From: Dendrobates tinctorius
Taxonomy: Eukaryota
Reading direction: 5' to 3'
DNA: 64,000 nt
Assembly (NCBI RefSeq): GCF_039654945.1
Contig: NW_027361696.1
Location: 61,566,001 to 61,630,000 of the forward strand
The translations under genes and the position numbers were made by a program. The notes beneath the pieces are model-generated. The model had not been told where the DNA came from. It saw nothing but the letters and a program-made list of their open reading frames with translations, and searched no databases. Each line of letters begins with the position of its first letter. The stretch's first letter is position 1. This document shows positions 11,107-25,396 of this stretch, one piece after another.

Positions 11107-12389
11107 TTAGACACTGTCCAATCAAAAAAAAATGTTTCAGGAAAAAAAAAAAAAAAAAAAGAACTCGACAAAAGCACTTTAAAAACTTTTCAAAACCACT
11201 TTAGAAAACTTTAAAGACCTCCAAAACTCCTCAAAGAAGGAGAATTTCCTAGAGCGGTATCTATTATAAAAAAAATCTTCATTTTTGACCAACTCAATAA
11301 AAAAACACTGTGTGCACATAACCTTAATTGATTTCCTATGAAATTTGCCTTAAAATTTGGGGACTTATGTGTGAAATATTGTGTAGCTTTATAAACAGTG
11401 TGGCAAAATCATGTCAGAATGTCAAAACATGTTTATATAGCTAAATTGGATAAGATATATAAAAAAAAATTGAAAAAATATTACAAGAAAATGTGTATAC
11501 CCTCTCATTAATTGTATCTACCTAGAAGATCCTTAATAAAGAAAAGTTAATAAATATCTACACTATTTTCAGTGCCTGATGTGTGCACCTCAATTCAATT
11601 TTAACATGAGATGTCCAGACCAGGCAGCCGGTGCGATAAGCACAGGTGACAACTGTGATCTTAGGTAATCTGTCATGACAGCATCTCCCCTCACTGTGAC
11701 AGATAAATGGGAAAATCTCAGAGGAAGAATTCGCCGGCTCGATATGAGACTGTCAGATAAAAGCTCAGCATTAGTTTGCTGCCTTACCATGTTATATCTG
11801 ACTTGTATTTTAGTCCATAGACCCTCAGAGCGCAATAACAATAAACAAGGCGGCTACAATTTATTATTTCATTATAGGCAATTCATATCTCGGACGGAAA
11901 AATTCAGGGATATTTCCCACGTAATTTGTTCATATTCCATTGCCGTTTTTACGGCAAAATCAAATTGATTTATTGAATTTTTTTAATAACTAGCAAGATC
12001 TCGATTAAGTAAAGAATAAACGTAATAGCTATAAACGCAGTGTAAAATGCAGGGTCTAAATAAAAGGATTTCCATTTGGGAAAATCAGTTGCTATAATTT
12101 AGCTTATAACGATTTGAGAATTTTTGGCATTTTTTTTTGTTGAATGTGATTAGAAAGAATGGTATTGTAGCTTGAACTGATTTTCTTAAATGAGACTGAA
12201 CTGCATTACCAGATGCAACCTATAAGATTAGAGTGGCGCTGTTTCTGGAACAGTTTTCAAATTGGTGGAAATTTGTTGCAAAACAAATAAGTGCCGAAAC
12301 ATCACATATTTGGTTACATAGTAGGAATCATGTCATTCTCATTGGTAAAAAAAAATATGTTTCTCCCTTTTTTTTCACTGCTGGTAATG

Positions 12390-12818
12390 GGGGAACCTGT
12401 CAATCTGCAGGATAATACCGTTCTAAAGCTATGCGGCTGCCAAACTGAAACACTGTATGTCGGGAGGAAATAAACTTTATTCCGCCCGGCAGCCTCCGGC
12501 TTTCAGTCATAGAGGAGTGCACAGAGAGGCTACTGTCACTGCTCAGTACATAGTGAGCAGTACCTTTAAACACGCCCCAGCACTGACTGACAGCTGGTTC
12601 AGCAGTGCATCAGTTCTGAGCCAGCTGTCAGTGAGTGCCAGGGCGTGGTTACAGCCACTGCTCACTGAGTGCTAAGCAATGACTGAAGCCGCATGGGCCA
12701 CAACTCTATGACTGAAAGCCAGAGGCTGACAGGAGGAATAAAATTAACTTTCCACCAGGGGACTATACATGTGAAATGTATTGTAAGTTTTCAGTCCCAG
12801 GGTGAAGGGTCCCTTTAA
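12390..12818. mobile_element. Kolobok/T2-type MITE (degenerate)
   Basis: GGGAACCTGTCA ... TGAAGGGTCCCT-TTAA ends; internal palindromes. Confidence 0.55.
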
Positions 12819-13182
12819 GACATTGATTAGAGCTTCAGTGGTATCTACTCATGTAAGATATTAGTCTCTTGTTTAGACCATTAGTGAATGTACAATTTAG
12901 GACCTTGATGGTCCATACCAGTTTAGGACATTGATGGCCCCTATTAGTTTAGGACATTGATTAAATCAATCTGTTCAGGACTTTTCTGGAATCAGTCTAG
13001 GACATTTATGAAACCAGGAATATACTAGATAAGAATATTAGTGAGGTCACTTTGTCTGGAACAGTTTACGACATTGGTGAAACCATTTTGCTCAGGACTT
13101 TGGTGGAATCTACTAGTTAAGGACATTAGTGAAATCATTTTGTTTGGGACATTGATGGATTCTGCCAGTTTAGGATAGTGAT

Positions 13183-13464
13183 TAGAGATGGGCGAACAGA
13201 AATGTTTGGTATTTGAACCGGATAGTCATTGTTTGGACATTAATGCCGAACAAGGCTTTCTTCTGAAGTCCGGTGCAGTGTTCGGGATAAGTCCGTGGGG
13301 CAGAGTAGAGAGGGAGATTTCTGAGCAGTTCAGGTATCCATTATTTTCAATGGGGTTTGGGGTCTGATGGAAGTTCTTGTATTGTTCTCATACCCGAAAT
13401 GAACTTTCTAAAAAGTTTTGGTCAGCTACCAAAACTCGAACTTCCACAGGTCCGTCCATCCCTA
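13183..13464. mobile_element. hAT-type MITE
   Basis: TAGAGATGGGCGAAC / GTCCGTCCATCCCTA TIRs; TSD ATAGTGAT/ATAGGGAT. Confidence 0.75.
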
Positions 13465-14087
13465 ATAGGGATCAAACCATATTACTCAGGCCAACGGTGC
13501 AATTTAATAACACAGAATATTGACAAACCATTTTGTTCAAGACATTGGTGGAAACTACGAGATTGAGACATTGACAAAACTAGGACTTTAGTGGAATCTA
13601 CAGACACTGATGAAACCATTCTGCGCACGATATTGGTGGAATTCACCAATCTAAGACATTGATGAAACTGGGACTTTGGATGAATCTATGAATTTAGGAC
13701 ATTGATGAAACCATTTTGCTCTTGGTGGCATCTACAAGCCTAAAACAATGATGAAACTAGGGCTTTAGATAAATCTAATAGTTTAAGATATTGATGAAAC
13801 CATATTGTTCTGGACATTGTTGGAATCTACCAGTAAAGGACATTGAAACAAGTTTTCTCAGGACATTGGTGGAATTTACTAGTCTAACACACTGATTAAA
13901 CTAAGGTTTTGGATGAATCTACCAGTTTAGGATACTGATGAAAACATTTTGAAAAGGACTTTAGTATCATCTACCAGTACAAGACACTGATGAAACTAGG
14001 AACTTTGATAAATTTACTAGTTTGGATATTGATAAAACTATACTGTTCAGGAGTCAGGACAATAGTGGAATCTAAATCTACCAGTAA

Positions 14088-14492
14088 GGCTGGATTCACA
14101 CTGCGTTAGGGGGCAATGCGCTGACGGATCTGTTACATAGCGGCACTAACGCTGTGTAACGGGTCCGTTAACGCACCCATTGCCCGCAATGATTCTAACA
14201 CATGCCAAAATCGGCATGCGTTAGAAAGTATGCGTTAATTCATGACGCACCCTCGAACGCTTCTTGCAGCGTTTTTGGGTGCATTGGCAGTAACGCACAG
14301 CAAACGGACCCGTTCGCTGTGCATAGAACTGTATGGGCTAATGCTGGGTAGCCCAAGGTACCTTAGCGCTACCTAGCATTAACGCATACCGTTAGCGCTA
14401 GGTCACTAAAGATGTCAAAAATGACATCAGCGTTAGCGCACCCGTTTAACGGATACGTTAAACAGATGCCCTAACGCAATGTGAACCTAGCC
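14088..14492. mobile_element. PIF/Harbinger-type MITE
   Basis: GGCTGGATTCACACTGCGTTAGGG / CCCTAACGCAATGTGAACCTAGCC TIRs; TAA TSD. Confidence 0.85.
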
Positions 14493-16121
14493 TAAAGGAC
14501 ATTGATGAAACCATTTTGCTGAGGACATTGGTAGAATTTTTTTCAATCAAAACAAAGATCAAACGTCTTTGTTCATGATACTGGCGGACCCCGGTGTCAA
14601 CATTCAGTATACCGACTTGTTTAGGACACTAGTGGAACCTACAAGTTCAAAACATTGGTAATCACTACTTGTACTTTACTTTTTTGGGTTCCTAATTCCC
14701 AGTACCTCAGATGAAGACAGACATATCACAAGACCCTAGCATGGCAATACCCTCTATATAAGGAAGGCTCAGAAAAGCAGTACTGGGAGATGCTGTTGTG
14801 TTGTGTTTCACAGCTGGTGTACAGGTGTGTGTGGCTTTCTGTCACCGACAATTATATTTATAGAATATTATATAATTGATTTCTATTATAACAGAAGAGT
14901 CTCGATACATTTCAACCATGATAGTTAAACAGTAAGTGTATCATGATCTTATTTGCTGCCATCCCAGGCTGAATGTCTCATGTATTAGTCCTGAAATGAC
15001 TATTAATATTTCATCTCATTATTTTCTTGCAGTACGAAATACTGGAATTTGCCTGTCAACTGGGAAATGTAATAAAAGACATTTGTATACACTTTCTGGC
15101 AACGCGAGTATCAGTCTGCTGCTAATTAGAATTGCTTTCTAATAAAAAAAGACACAATGTGGTTAAATATAATCTATTGTTCTTTGTTATCAGCTAATTC
15201 TGACTCAGTAGAAACTGAATGAGGAGTTCCTTAATTGGATTTTTTCAGTGATTTCTGGAAAATCCCACTTTTCACAGTGAAAATTTTGCTACAGTTGTAT
15301 CCAGTCATCTAGAGCTAAATAAAACAGCAAACCACTTCTTTCTCCTTGATAGTTAGTTTGCTACAATGTATCTGGGGAAGTTCAAGCTCAAGGGAGTGCA
15401 TAGACTTAGTATATCTGTAACAAAACCTCAGCTGTGGGAAGCATTAGGTTACGTTCACACTTGGGTTCTGATCTCCATATTTCTCGGCCATTATCGAAAC
15501 AGAAAAATGAAACAGAGCTGTCACCAGACGGACGCAAACAGAACCCAACGTACCTCATTGACTAAAAACATGGACTGCTAGGTTGCCGACATTTTAAAAA
15601 AATAAATAACTTAAGTTTTTTCAACTTTTTTGTTACCGGTACAACGACAGAACCTGCGATTGAGAGATAACTCTACACTTTTGGTTTTATTTCTCTGTTC
15701 TCTGATGGTTGATTGTAGGACATCTGTAGAGTCAGGGAAACTGATGTCTAGTTAGTGCTCATCCGAGAAGAGGTTAATTTGTTTTTTCTTGTGCCAGCAC
15801 ACAAAACTTTTACATTTATTTTCTACACTAAGAATAAAAAACAGGAGAAGCGAACATCTTCGTCACTGTCTTTGATTGCATTTGATCCCATTTTCCCTCC
15901 TGCTACGCACCTCTTTTATTTCTCTCTCCATCTATCAATAAATCTTTGTTATTCGCAAAATACTACACTCATCTTCTTCAATGCTGCGGGTGTACAACAC
16001 ATTACTGTCTGTATCATTTGTACAATGTTTTAGGGATTTCTCTGACATCCTCTCACTATTCTTTCTTAAATCACCTCAAAATGCCTGCTGTATTCCCAGC
16101 CTCAACTTTTACACAGGCTAA

Positions 16122-16485
16122 AAGCCCCGTCTCACATAGTGAGATCGCTAGCGAGATCGCTAATGCGTCACCGATTTTGTGATGCAACAGCACTCTCGCC
16201 TGCGATCTCACTACATGTGACACGCAACAGTGACCGGCTCCCCTGCTGGATATCGCTAATCGCGCAGCAATGTCCTGGGCCATTTTTTTCGTCGTCGGCG
16301 TCGCGCTGGCCAGCATGCATCGCTGTGTTTGATCATTGGATCGTTGCTGCATCGCTGAAGAGATCTGCCTGTTTGGCAGCTTACTAGCGATCATGTAGCG
16401 ATGCACTAGCGATCATGTAGCGCGATCCCTACCAGGTCGTATCGTTGTCGGGATCGCTGGTGCGTCGATAAGTGAAACGGGACCC
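16122..16485. mobile_element. Harbinger-type MITE with GCGATC-rich interior
   Basis: GCCCCGTCTCACA / GTGAAACGGGAC ends; TAA/TGA flanks. Confidence 0.65.
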
Positions 16486-16891
16486 TGAGATAGTACCTCC
16501 TGATTGTCTGTGCTATACCATTTACTCCGATCCCTGATACAAGTGTCAAAAAGTGCAGTCCCTGTTGACCTAGTGAATATGTAGTCTCTGATATACCACT
16601 GATTGTCTCCAGATTTTAGCATCAAATGATGCTCTTCATCATTTCTTATGTAAGAGAAATACCTAAGAGGGAGGTAATGTAGAAGTTGTCTTCAACTGGT
16701 TAGGTAAGAAGGCCAATGTAAAATAATATTAAGTGCAAAACTGCAAAGGCAGCAATATCATCCCAGAAAAGTATGACCAGAGAAAGGGTCACAGGAATAC
16801 AAATTGAAAATTTAGTGCTGGATGAAATAATTATTGTTTTTGCAGGTTTTTTCTGAAGAATAGCAGAAAGAAAATTACACTTTAAGGAACT

Positions 16892-18417
16892 TGTCACAGG
16901 GTTAACGCAACAGAAAGGAGCTAGAAGACCGCAACGTCTAATTGCTCATACTCCTTCGCTGAAAAGAAGCACTTCACCTTCTTTTAAATGGTGTTAATTT
17001 CTTTTAGCAAAACAGGGGTTAATCGGCCATGTTGGAAGCTCTGGGAGTCTGAGATCTCAGCTGAGCTCGGTTAGCCACTCCTATCCCCTATACAATCGGG
17101 GTCCTGACTGAAACACATCAGAGCTAGCTTATGCTGCATGGCTTGGAGGAGAGGTGGTTGGTGGCTATATTAGAAGGAGTTTGGTGGATTTATCTGTGAC
17201 TGCTGCGTTCGTTTGTAAGTGTGATAACTCCCTTTCTCCCTCTTACTTTGTTTTTTCCTCATCCTCCACTCCCCAATGCATCCCTCTGTTATATATGAGT
17301 GAATATTTGTATGCCTGGTATTTTCAGTTGCCCTTGTTCATCTGGTTGGGGTACTGCGGTGCACAGCTGTTAGGAGTGGTGGAAGACACTAAATAAAAAA
17401 TAAATAAAGTGCCTTTGCCACCCGGGGTCCACCGTGCGGTGGATGGAAAAACCGCTGCTAGAGAGGCAGAGCACAAGGCGGTAATGTGCACAAGGGTTAG
17501 ACGGCACCCAGTGCACAAAAGCAAGCTCTGTTATACTCACAGAGCTGCAGGCACAGACCTACAGCGATACAGTCGCGGTATTCGCGGTCACAGGAGTAGC
17601 CTTAAACAGCAGGACTACTCCGTCTAGACCTACCATCAAATAAGGTGCGAAGCGTCGCAACCGCGGACGCAGAGAAAGCTGCAACTGCAGCGAGGCAAAA
17701 ACAGAGCCGCTGGCAAGGCGCTGCAATAACGCTGGCGCAATGCAGATGCTAAGCTGCTGAGCAAGATGGAGCATATGCGTGCTGGTGCTAGCGCTGCTAC
17801 TGGCTGAACCCAAAACACTCACACAATCGTATTATCAGAGGGAAGGGGTTTCTTAATAAGTCAGTCACCAGTCCAAGCATCCATCACCATACATACAGCA
17901 GCAAGTATGAAATACTAGCGCATGGCGGAACAGCCATGCGCGCTTTTTATACCAAACGGGACCTTCCGGAAGTCTCCAAGGCTCCAGGAGGAGCCAATAG
18001 GATTAGACACAGGACCTGAGCATGTGACTCCCGAACTCCAATGGGAGCTCGTCCCATGAGCATGCTCAGTGGAGGGAACAGAGGACTTAGCCTCTGGAGA
18101 GAGTTGCCGTAAAGGCACTCTCCTCTGCAATCTCCTCTACCGCAGATGAAACGCAGGAGACTGCAGCATGTAAGGGTCTAGATTTCATCATAGGGAAGGA
18201 AGAAATCAGACTTCTAACAACAGCAGCTCCCCTCATCCCTGGGTGGGGGAAGGGAACAGATGGGAGGTGAATACAGGAGATAAGGCAAGGTTGGAGGCCC
18301 AGGCATCTTCACCTTCAGAAGTATCCCTGGAAATAGGGTGAGTTAGGGTGCCCCCCTAGTATTAGGGACAGGATAGGAGCCCCTGGTCCTGGGTCACCTG
18401 CCAACCCAGTCGTCACA
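16892..18417 (+). mobile_element. Solo LTR interrupted by a second solo LTR
   Basis: TGTCACA...GTCACA ends; TSD GAACT/AAACT; similar to 26228-26913. Confidence 0.65.
17368..18219 (-). mobile_element. Nested solo LTR
   Basis: TGTTAG...CTAACA ends; perfect 5-bp TSD ACAGC. Confidence 0.8.
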
Positions 18418-19518
18418 AAACTCTGGTTGGTTGGATCCACTGCAGTATTGGATGATACTCAAGTAGGCACAGGCTCTTAATACAACAAAGCCCAAACATT
18501 TTAGCAGAAGACAACCCCATTCAGTTATGACATATGGCTCTGCCTGGAACCTCAGATTAATTTCTTCCAGTTGGTCAGGATACCAAAGTCCAGTGCTAAT
18601 GTTTATAATCAAGGTAAGTGTTGTTATCACCATTAAACGGTTAATCCCAAAAAATAAAGTTATCCCCTAGATAATGAATTAAGTGGAGACTGCCCATGCA
18701 CAGGCCATGACCATTCAGAACAGGTCTACATGGCCCCTTTCTCAGCCCCTTTCTCAGGGTTCCGTGGCCTCAAGCTCAGCATAACTGGAGGTCCGAGTGG
18801 TTGTACCTCTAGCAATCGGTAAGTTATCCACTATTCTATGGATAATTAGATTTTTTTAGGAATAACCCTTCAAAGTGTGTTATTGTATAGATCTAATAGA
18901 TATCATATTGAAATATATATAAAATCTTCTATATGGATCTGTGTATATTAGATGCAAAACATTGCGACCTTTGACTAAGTGTTTGCTCTGAGAGCTATTA
19001 AGGGTTAACTTAAAGTATCAGCATGATAAATGAGCGGACTACATACATTAAAAGGGAGCACGCTACCAAACTATAGTACTGTTAAACATTTTGGGCAGGT
19101 GTGAAAAAAAATGCTGCGAAGCAGGAATGCTTTCAAAAACAGACGTGTTAATAGATTATTTTAATCAATTAACAAAATGCAAAGCAGAACATTTTAGAAG
19201 ATTATATTCAGGTGTATGAATAATGAATAACCGGATACATCAAACAGTTAATAATGATATTTTTTATGTAGGTTAAAACAAATCAGCTGTAAAAGAAACA
19301 GGTGTATAGGTGGCTTAAAACTGGGTAAAGGACACATAAACCTGCAACAAAGGTAAAGTTGTGAAGACAGTTTTTGTCACAGGTCATACACCATGGCGAA
19401 ACTGAGTTCGGTAAAAGACACAAGGTAGTTATACTGTAGGTCTCTCTCAATGTTGAAGACTTTTGAAACAGTGATCGGTCAAGGCAACTTACAGCAGCAT
19501 TTGAAAAACACATCATGC

Positions 19519-21454
19519 TTAAAGGGAATCTGTCACCCCATTTTTCGAGTATCAGCTGCCGGCACCGCCATCAGGGGCTTATCTACAGCATTCTGTAATG
19601 CTGTAGAAAAGTCCTCAATGTAACCTGAAAGATAATAAAAATGAGTTAGATTATACTCAACAGGGCAGAGCAGGGCGCCTGCGCAGGAGCCACGACAGGC
19701 AGCAAAAAAGAGGACGTCACCGGTGGAAGATGGGAAGCGCCGGGCCGCAACACTCATCGGACCAAACCGGACCGCCCCCCGGTGAGTATAATATAACTCA
19801 TTTTTCTTATCTTTCAGGTTACATCGGGGGCATATCTACAGCATTACAGAAGGCTGTAGATAAGCCCCTGATGGCGGTGCCGGCAGCTGATATTCGAAAA
19901 ATGGGGTGACAGAGTCCCTTTAAGCATGATGTGTTTGTCAGATGCTGCTGTAAGTCTCCTTGACCGACCACTGTTTCGAAAGTCTTCAACATTGAGAGAG
20001 ACCTACAGTATAACTACCTTGTGTCTTTTACCGAACTCAGTTTCGCCATGGTGTATGTCCTGTGACAAAAACTGTCTTGACAACTTTACCTTTGTTGCAG
20101 GTTTATGTGTCCTTTACCCAGTTTTAAGCCACCTATACAGCTGTTTCTTTTACTGTTGATATGTTTCAAAATTAGTTATATTATACTCACTGGGGGGCGG
20201 TCCGGCCTTGGTCCGATGAGTGTTGCGGTCCGGCGCTTCCCATCTTCTTACGGTGATGTCCTCTTTTTTGCTGCCTGTCGTGGCTCCTGCGCAGGTGCAC
20301 TGCTCTGCACTATTGAGGGCAGAGCGGAATACTGCAGTGCGCAGTGTTGTGAGTTCATTTTCCCCTTCATTACTGAGGTCCGAGGAACTCCCTCTTCTGG
20401 TTAAGAAAGGTAGTGAGCCTGAGGCTGATGATGAGGACTGGCTGAGTGGAGTTACAGACTGGATATAAGGCTGCCGACGCCCTTCTGCCCTGCGGGTGAT
20501 TTCTCTGTGGGATCCTTGGAGACCAGTCTGAATTCCTGCTCCTCCACAGCTAAGTTTGCTGCTCGGCCTTTTGCTTTTGTGCTTTGACTTTGTTTTTGCT
20601 TTGTTTTTCTGGATTTCTGCCATTCCCTGCTGGGGTGTGCTGAATTCATTTAGCTCTGTCTTCTGAAAATACCTGAGTGCTGATTCAGTTTTTGAAGCCT
20701 AGCTGCTTCAGGGCCTTTTTCATATCAGCTGGTTGGCTTATGTCTTTGATAGGGTTTTGGCAGATTGCAGACAGCAGCCTTCCTGTCCTTTCCTATCTAG
20801 GTAGTTTTGGGGCCCCGTCTTTGCTCAGTCTATCTTTCTGTCTGTGTTAGTATTTTCATCTTGCTTCACCGTCATTATATGTTGGGGGCTGCCTATTGCT
20901 TTGGGGTCTGCTCTGGGGCAGTTTAGATTTCCCCTTTCTTTCTTTAGGCCTATGTATTTCTCCGGCTGTGATCGAGGGGTCTGGGGCATCGTAGGAACCC
21001 CCCACGGCTACTGCTAGTTGTGTTGATAGGTTCAGGGGTCTGCAATCTGATAGTTGCCAACTTCTCTGGTTTTCTGGACTTAGCTTGTATTTCTGCTTTT
21101 GCCTCCTACGGTGACTCATTCATAACAGCGCAGGTGCCGGACCTCTCCCGGCACCTGCACACTGCAGGACTCTGCTCTGCCCTCAACAGGGCAGAGCAGT
21201 CTGCCTGCACAGGAGCCACAACAGGCATCAAAGAAGAGGACTCACCGATAGAAGATGGGAGGCGCTGGACCCGACCGCGACACCCATCGGACCCAAACCG
21301 GACCGCCCCTGGGTGAGTATAATCTAACTCATTTTTCTTATCTTTCAGGTTACATCGAGGTCTTATCTACAGCATTACAGAATGCTGTAGATAAGCCCCT
21401 GTTGGCGGTGCTTGCAGCTGATACTCAAAAAATGGGGTGACAGATTCCCTTTAA
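19519..21454. mobile_element. Kolobok/T2-type MITE, rearranged and interrupted
   Basis: TTAA-AGGGAATCTGTCACCCC ... GGGGTGACAGATTCCCT-TTAA. Confidence 0.75.
20345..21127 (+). mobile_element. Solo LTR inserted in the T2 MITE
   Basis: TGTTGTGA...TCATAACA ends; 6-bp TSD GCGCAG. Confidence 0.8.
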
Positions 21455-23444
21455 TTCCATTCCAAACTGGAAGATGTCCAGCAGTGCTATCAGCTCATAA
21501 CTAACAGCAACCAGAAAGGCCAGCTGCACCGATCTACTATGAGGAGTCTACCAGAAATGGTCTTTGTGGAAGATTTGGGGTAAAAAAAAAGCCAGATCAT
21601 CATTATGGAAACAAGGCCAAGTGACTCAACAATGCGCAAAAACAAAGTTCTTGGTACAAAAACATGACAGCAGCTACTCTGGACTCAAAATGTAAAATAT
21701 TTGTCTGTAAAAGAAGGCAGCTTGTGACAAGCAAGCACACCATCTTATTTTGATTTCAGACATTTTTTTTGCTATAAAAATATTGTGCTGTCTTGCTGAT
21801 GCTTTTTAGTGCATTAAGAACAAAGAGAAAAATATAAAGTTGTAATTTAAAATCAGCAGGAAAGATGCCAGCTCCACCATATCATTGATCAATCACAAAA
21901 AATCTGCCACTGCTGCTGGCAACTCTTCTATCTCTTTCTCCTCCTATCAATTAATTTCTGTATTAATTGTAAAGTAATACACTCATCTTCTGCTTTGCAG
22001 CTATTCAAAATAATTTGCTTGTAGTTTTTATCCAATGCTTTAGGGCTTTCCTACTTAAATGGCTGAGCTGAGCGTCCTCTCACTTTTCTAAATTACCCTA
22101 AAATGGCTGCTGCACTCCCTGCCTCGGCTTTTATACACACAGGCTACGATAATCCCACCTTGATGATTGCTCTGTACCATGTCATGTGATAGCTACAAGG
22201 CATTCTTGGGAAGACCTTGTGGTGGTAACTGAGGTTATGTCAATCTTCTGTGGCTGGTGCAATCTTCTGCAATGTATAAAAACGCTTTTTGGGGAGATTT
22301 ACCATTACTCAAATTAGATTTCATTCTATTCGTTCGGCTTATCTCTAGTGGTTGGTTTTCCAGGATATTTGGAACAATCTCATCTCCCTTTTGAGCTACT
22401 TGAAAAACTTTGTGCACGTGTATAGAGAAGAACTGATGAAGGCAAAGTGCGATCTCACCAAATATTGATTTGATTTAGATTTGACTTTTGTTCATTCACT
22501 TTATATAATGGATAAAAAAAACTATTACTACTTCTATTTGTAAATACATTTTTACTATTTTTTCCACACCTGCCTAAAACTGTTGCACATTCCTGTATGT
22601 CTACAGTAATGTGTCTAAGAAACAACCTTCATCTTCCAATGTCATTCCTAAGTACATGAAACATAGGGATCTGTATCGGCACGTAAGGCTTTTTCTGTAG
22701 CTCAGTGAACCCCGCGTGGATTCCTATTTGTATGTGTTCACTTGACTGACATGAAACTAATTGTGTATGATATCAGAGATTTGCATATATAAACCCTTCA
22801 ATTACTCTAGGGGCACATTTCAATCCAATTGTTTAGTTTCAATGCAAATTACATCTACGGTGCCCCGCTTCTTATGATGTCTAAATCCTGCTCCGCTAAT
22901 TAAAGGGGTATTACATTTTCTGCCAATAAAATCTTTTTTATATGACACAGAATTTTCCTAAATATTTTCTAAAGCAATTCTTTGTAAGTTTCAAGGAGAG
23001 TTGAGCAAAATGATTTTCAGGACCCAGGTCCAACAGCCAGGTCGCCATTCCATGTTCGCCGGACCAAAGCCCTGCAAGAACACTCCTGGCATCTCTTCTA
23101 ATTAGTAAGCCACCATGATGTGATGGGTGCGTTTAGTCGCAACAAAATTATGTTGCAGTGGCCAGCAAATCAAAAGAGGCTCAGGTAGTAGATCTCCAGT
23201 GCATCGGTCCAGCGGCTAATGACTACCAATGTGGCACTGGATTAGGACCAACTTTGATTTCAAGATCTCAACTTGTCATTTACTCCACCAAGATAAACAT
23301 AGGTTCTGGTCACGAGAAGGACACATGGGGCACAGATTGTTCAACAACATAAATTATGATGATAAATGTATGGTCTTGGTGGATCTGACTGATGGGACAC
23401 CCATCGGTCTTGAGGAGGGCCCTACGTGTATAAAGCTAATGGGA

Positions 23445-23920
23445 GCATATCTGACCACTTCTTCATTGATTGTATACAGAAGTGCTGATGGCGCCACTCC
23501 ATTTACACATTACACTATAGAACCTCTTGGGACCTCTGCTCAGGATCTGTGGGGGCCACAGCATCTGTCCACTTCTTCATTGACTGTCTACAGAAGTGCT
23601 GGTCGTTCATGCTCACAACCACCCCATTTACACAATACACTTCAGGACCTCTTAAGCCCCCAGGCCCCCAGAGATCCTGAGCACAGAGGTCCCCAGCATC
23701 TGACCACTTCTTCACTGACTGCCTACAGAAGTGATGGTCGTACATGCTCACACCCACTCCATTACACATTACACTTTGGGACTTCTGTGCTCAGGATCTA
23801 TGGAGGCCTCAGCATCTGACCACTTCTTCATTGACTGCCTACAGAAGTGCTGGTCACACCACTCCATTTACACATAACACTTTTTGGACCTCTGTGCTCA
23901 GGATCTGTGGGGGCCTCAGC
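23445..23920. repeat. Degenerate ~115-bp tandem repeat, about 4 copies
   Basis: GCATCTGACCACTTCTTCATTGACTG...AGAAGTGCTGG...CTCAGGATCTGTGG recurs. Confidence 0.8.
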
Positions 23921-25396
23921 AATCAGATCCCAGTAATCATGCATTTATCATAGATCCTGTGAGGGTTTAAAAGAGGTTTGCCAGAAATCTATTTAATAAA
24001 ACCACTGTCTTTCATTTATATAGTAATTATAGTTTCAAATTATTTATGAATATTCCTTTTTCAACTTTTATTGGACATTAGAGCCAAAATTCAACATTAA
24101 ATTAATTTCTATACCATGTTTCCAGTATCCGAGATGTTTTATTCTAAAAATCAGAAATGGTCCAAACAAAGTCTTCACTAACACGATCGAATAATAAAGT
24201 TGTAACAAAAAAACATCACAAGGATAAAATGCACCAGCTGAATAGTGAAAGACTATTAGCACGTTACATCCCGGTAATAATCACATTGCCGGTGTATCTG
24301 GATCAGTACGCTTATTTGTATAATTATATGATATGTACGCTTCGTTTGGAGGGGTGAATATTTTATGAAGACACACTGTGCAACAAAAGTTAACACTATT
24401 TTCGGAAGATGTATAAGGCTAATGAGAATTAATAAGAAGTAGCCAGTGGACAGATAATTATCCAGTCGTGGAATTACATCTATCGTTTTATGCAAGAGAA
24501 GTCAATGAAACTCTTCAAATTAAGAAAGACTTTCCAAAGTCTCCCAGAGGTCTAGTAATAAAAATGCTGTATATTTAATTTTATATGTATGCGGTAAACT
24601 AAAAACCGTGCCAAAGCGAGAGACCAGCCAAAACCTTACAAAGAAAACAAGCTCATGTGTGGAGACGAATTCTACTGGGAGATGAGGCGTAAGTATTACC
24701 AGATATTATAGGAGAGGGGTAGAAGAAGGTTAGCACATAAATAGAAACATTAGAATATATAATTACAGCCAACAAAAGCATAGAAATTGCTTGATTATCT
24801 TGCTCCAACTGGAAAATCTGTATATCAATGACCAGAGGAACCAATGATGAGCCATCAATCTGGTTGGTTGGATGGTGTGCTAGTCAATGCTGTGGTCGGT
24901 TTTGTTGGAAATGTCAACTGCAGAGCAACTTGATTTGCGATAATGTTATCAGGGCTTTAAACAAGACTAAAGGGCTACATACACAATATATAGCTGTTGG
25001 CGGAACGATGAACATTAGATGGCTGTAAGCCGTCTCCATTGTGTCTCCCATAAACAAGAGCATTCGTCCAGCTGAGTGCTAATTTGCTCTCTTCAAGAAT
25101 GCTGTCAACAGACATATTTGCTGTTGTGAAGCGGAACCACTAAGCCCCAGGTCTGGGTGGGTTTACTGATGTTGGTGCAGCTGGCAAAATGGCACGTCTT
25201 GAGCGAGGATGTGGCAAATGTAAGAATCTTGGGAGCAGAAGATAGGAAGAAGTGAAGTCAGCATAGAAAGCAGCAGGTTACACACAGTGTGCACAAGAGG
25301 TGGAGTTCACCAAACTAGAGTCTTGAATTACAATCCAAAGACACAGCTGAGTGTGCTAATGAGCCTTAAATAAGAACATGTAAATTATATCACTAA

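Larger units (their letters stand above)
12820..14660. repeat. Old degenerate ~26-bp-unit tandem array (AGGACATTGATGAAACC / GGTGGAATCTACCAG)
   Basis: Motifs recur throughout; interrupted by two MITEs. Confidence 0.75.
19074..22596 (+). mobile_element. Highly decayed Tc1-like element with nested insertions
   Basis: Inverted ends TTTTGGGCAGGTGTGAAAA / TTTCCACACCTGCCTAAAA; transposase remnants near 21455-21720 and 22330-22467 (ends ACCAAATATTGA). Confidence 0.55.

Noticed and set aside
25140-25227. Possible minus-strand alternative terminal exon of syt3 (pyrimidine tract + AG, in phase, 29 codons to TAG)
   Set aside because: No similarity to SYT3 sequence; such acceptors arise by chance; needs RNA-seq
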